Below, piece by piece: positions 16,505-16,537 of a DNA stretch of 16,537 bases. The notes beneath the pieces were generated by a model. That model saw only the letters and a program-made list of their open reading frames with translations. It did no database searches and was not told the origin of the DNA. The first letter of the stretch is position 1, and each line of letters opens with the position of its first letter. Position numbers and translations under genes: made by a program. Source of the stretch: Nitrospinaceae bacterium (GTDB lineage Bacteria > Nitrospinota > Nitrospinia > Nitrospinales > VA-1); NCBI GenBank assembly GCA_046754465.1, contig JBHHVU010000065.1, forward strand, positions 1 to 16,537, given 5' to 3'.

Positions 16505-16537
16505 CCTCCGGTTCGGCAGAGCCGGAAAAGAAAGAAG

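Noticed and set aside
1..16537. CRISPR arrays, tRNA/rRNA, IS elements, integrases, defence or prophage genes
   Set aside because: No regularly spaced repeats, cloverleaf or rRNA-like segments, terminal inverted repeats, or transposase/integrase/nuclease motifs seen.

Overview
Mostly core-genome bacterial window with 11 supportable CDS. A + strand sugar-phosphate cluster (pgi, an enlarged transaldolase-family gene, glk) is followed by argG, an orphan PilR/NtrC-type sigma-54 response regulator and an exported TPR + periplasmic-binding-fold (LpoA-like) protein. That last gene converges on a - strand run of an LRR protein, a DUF5069 protein and PBP1A (mrcA). Divergent from this run is a 1036-aa fusion of a double SagB/ThcOx-type nitroreductase with an aldo/keto-reductase-like barrel that, by my manual alignment, lacks all four catalytic residues. 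A small secreted TPR protein with a clear intrinsic terminator follows. The 3' end carries mutually exclusive hairpins with attenuator-like logic upstream of a gene outside the window. Gene content suggests a Nitrospina/Nitrospinota-like organism (inference only). I saw no rRNA, tRNA, CRISPR or mobile element. The best candidates for novelty are the nitroreductase/pseudo-AKR fusion, a 20-bp operator-like motif shared by it and the TPR gene, and the 3' attenuator-like RNA.
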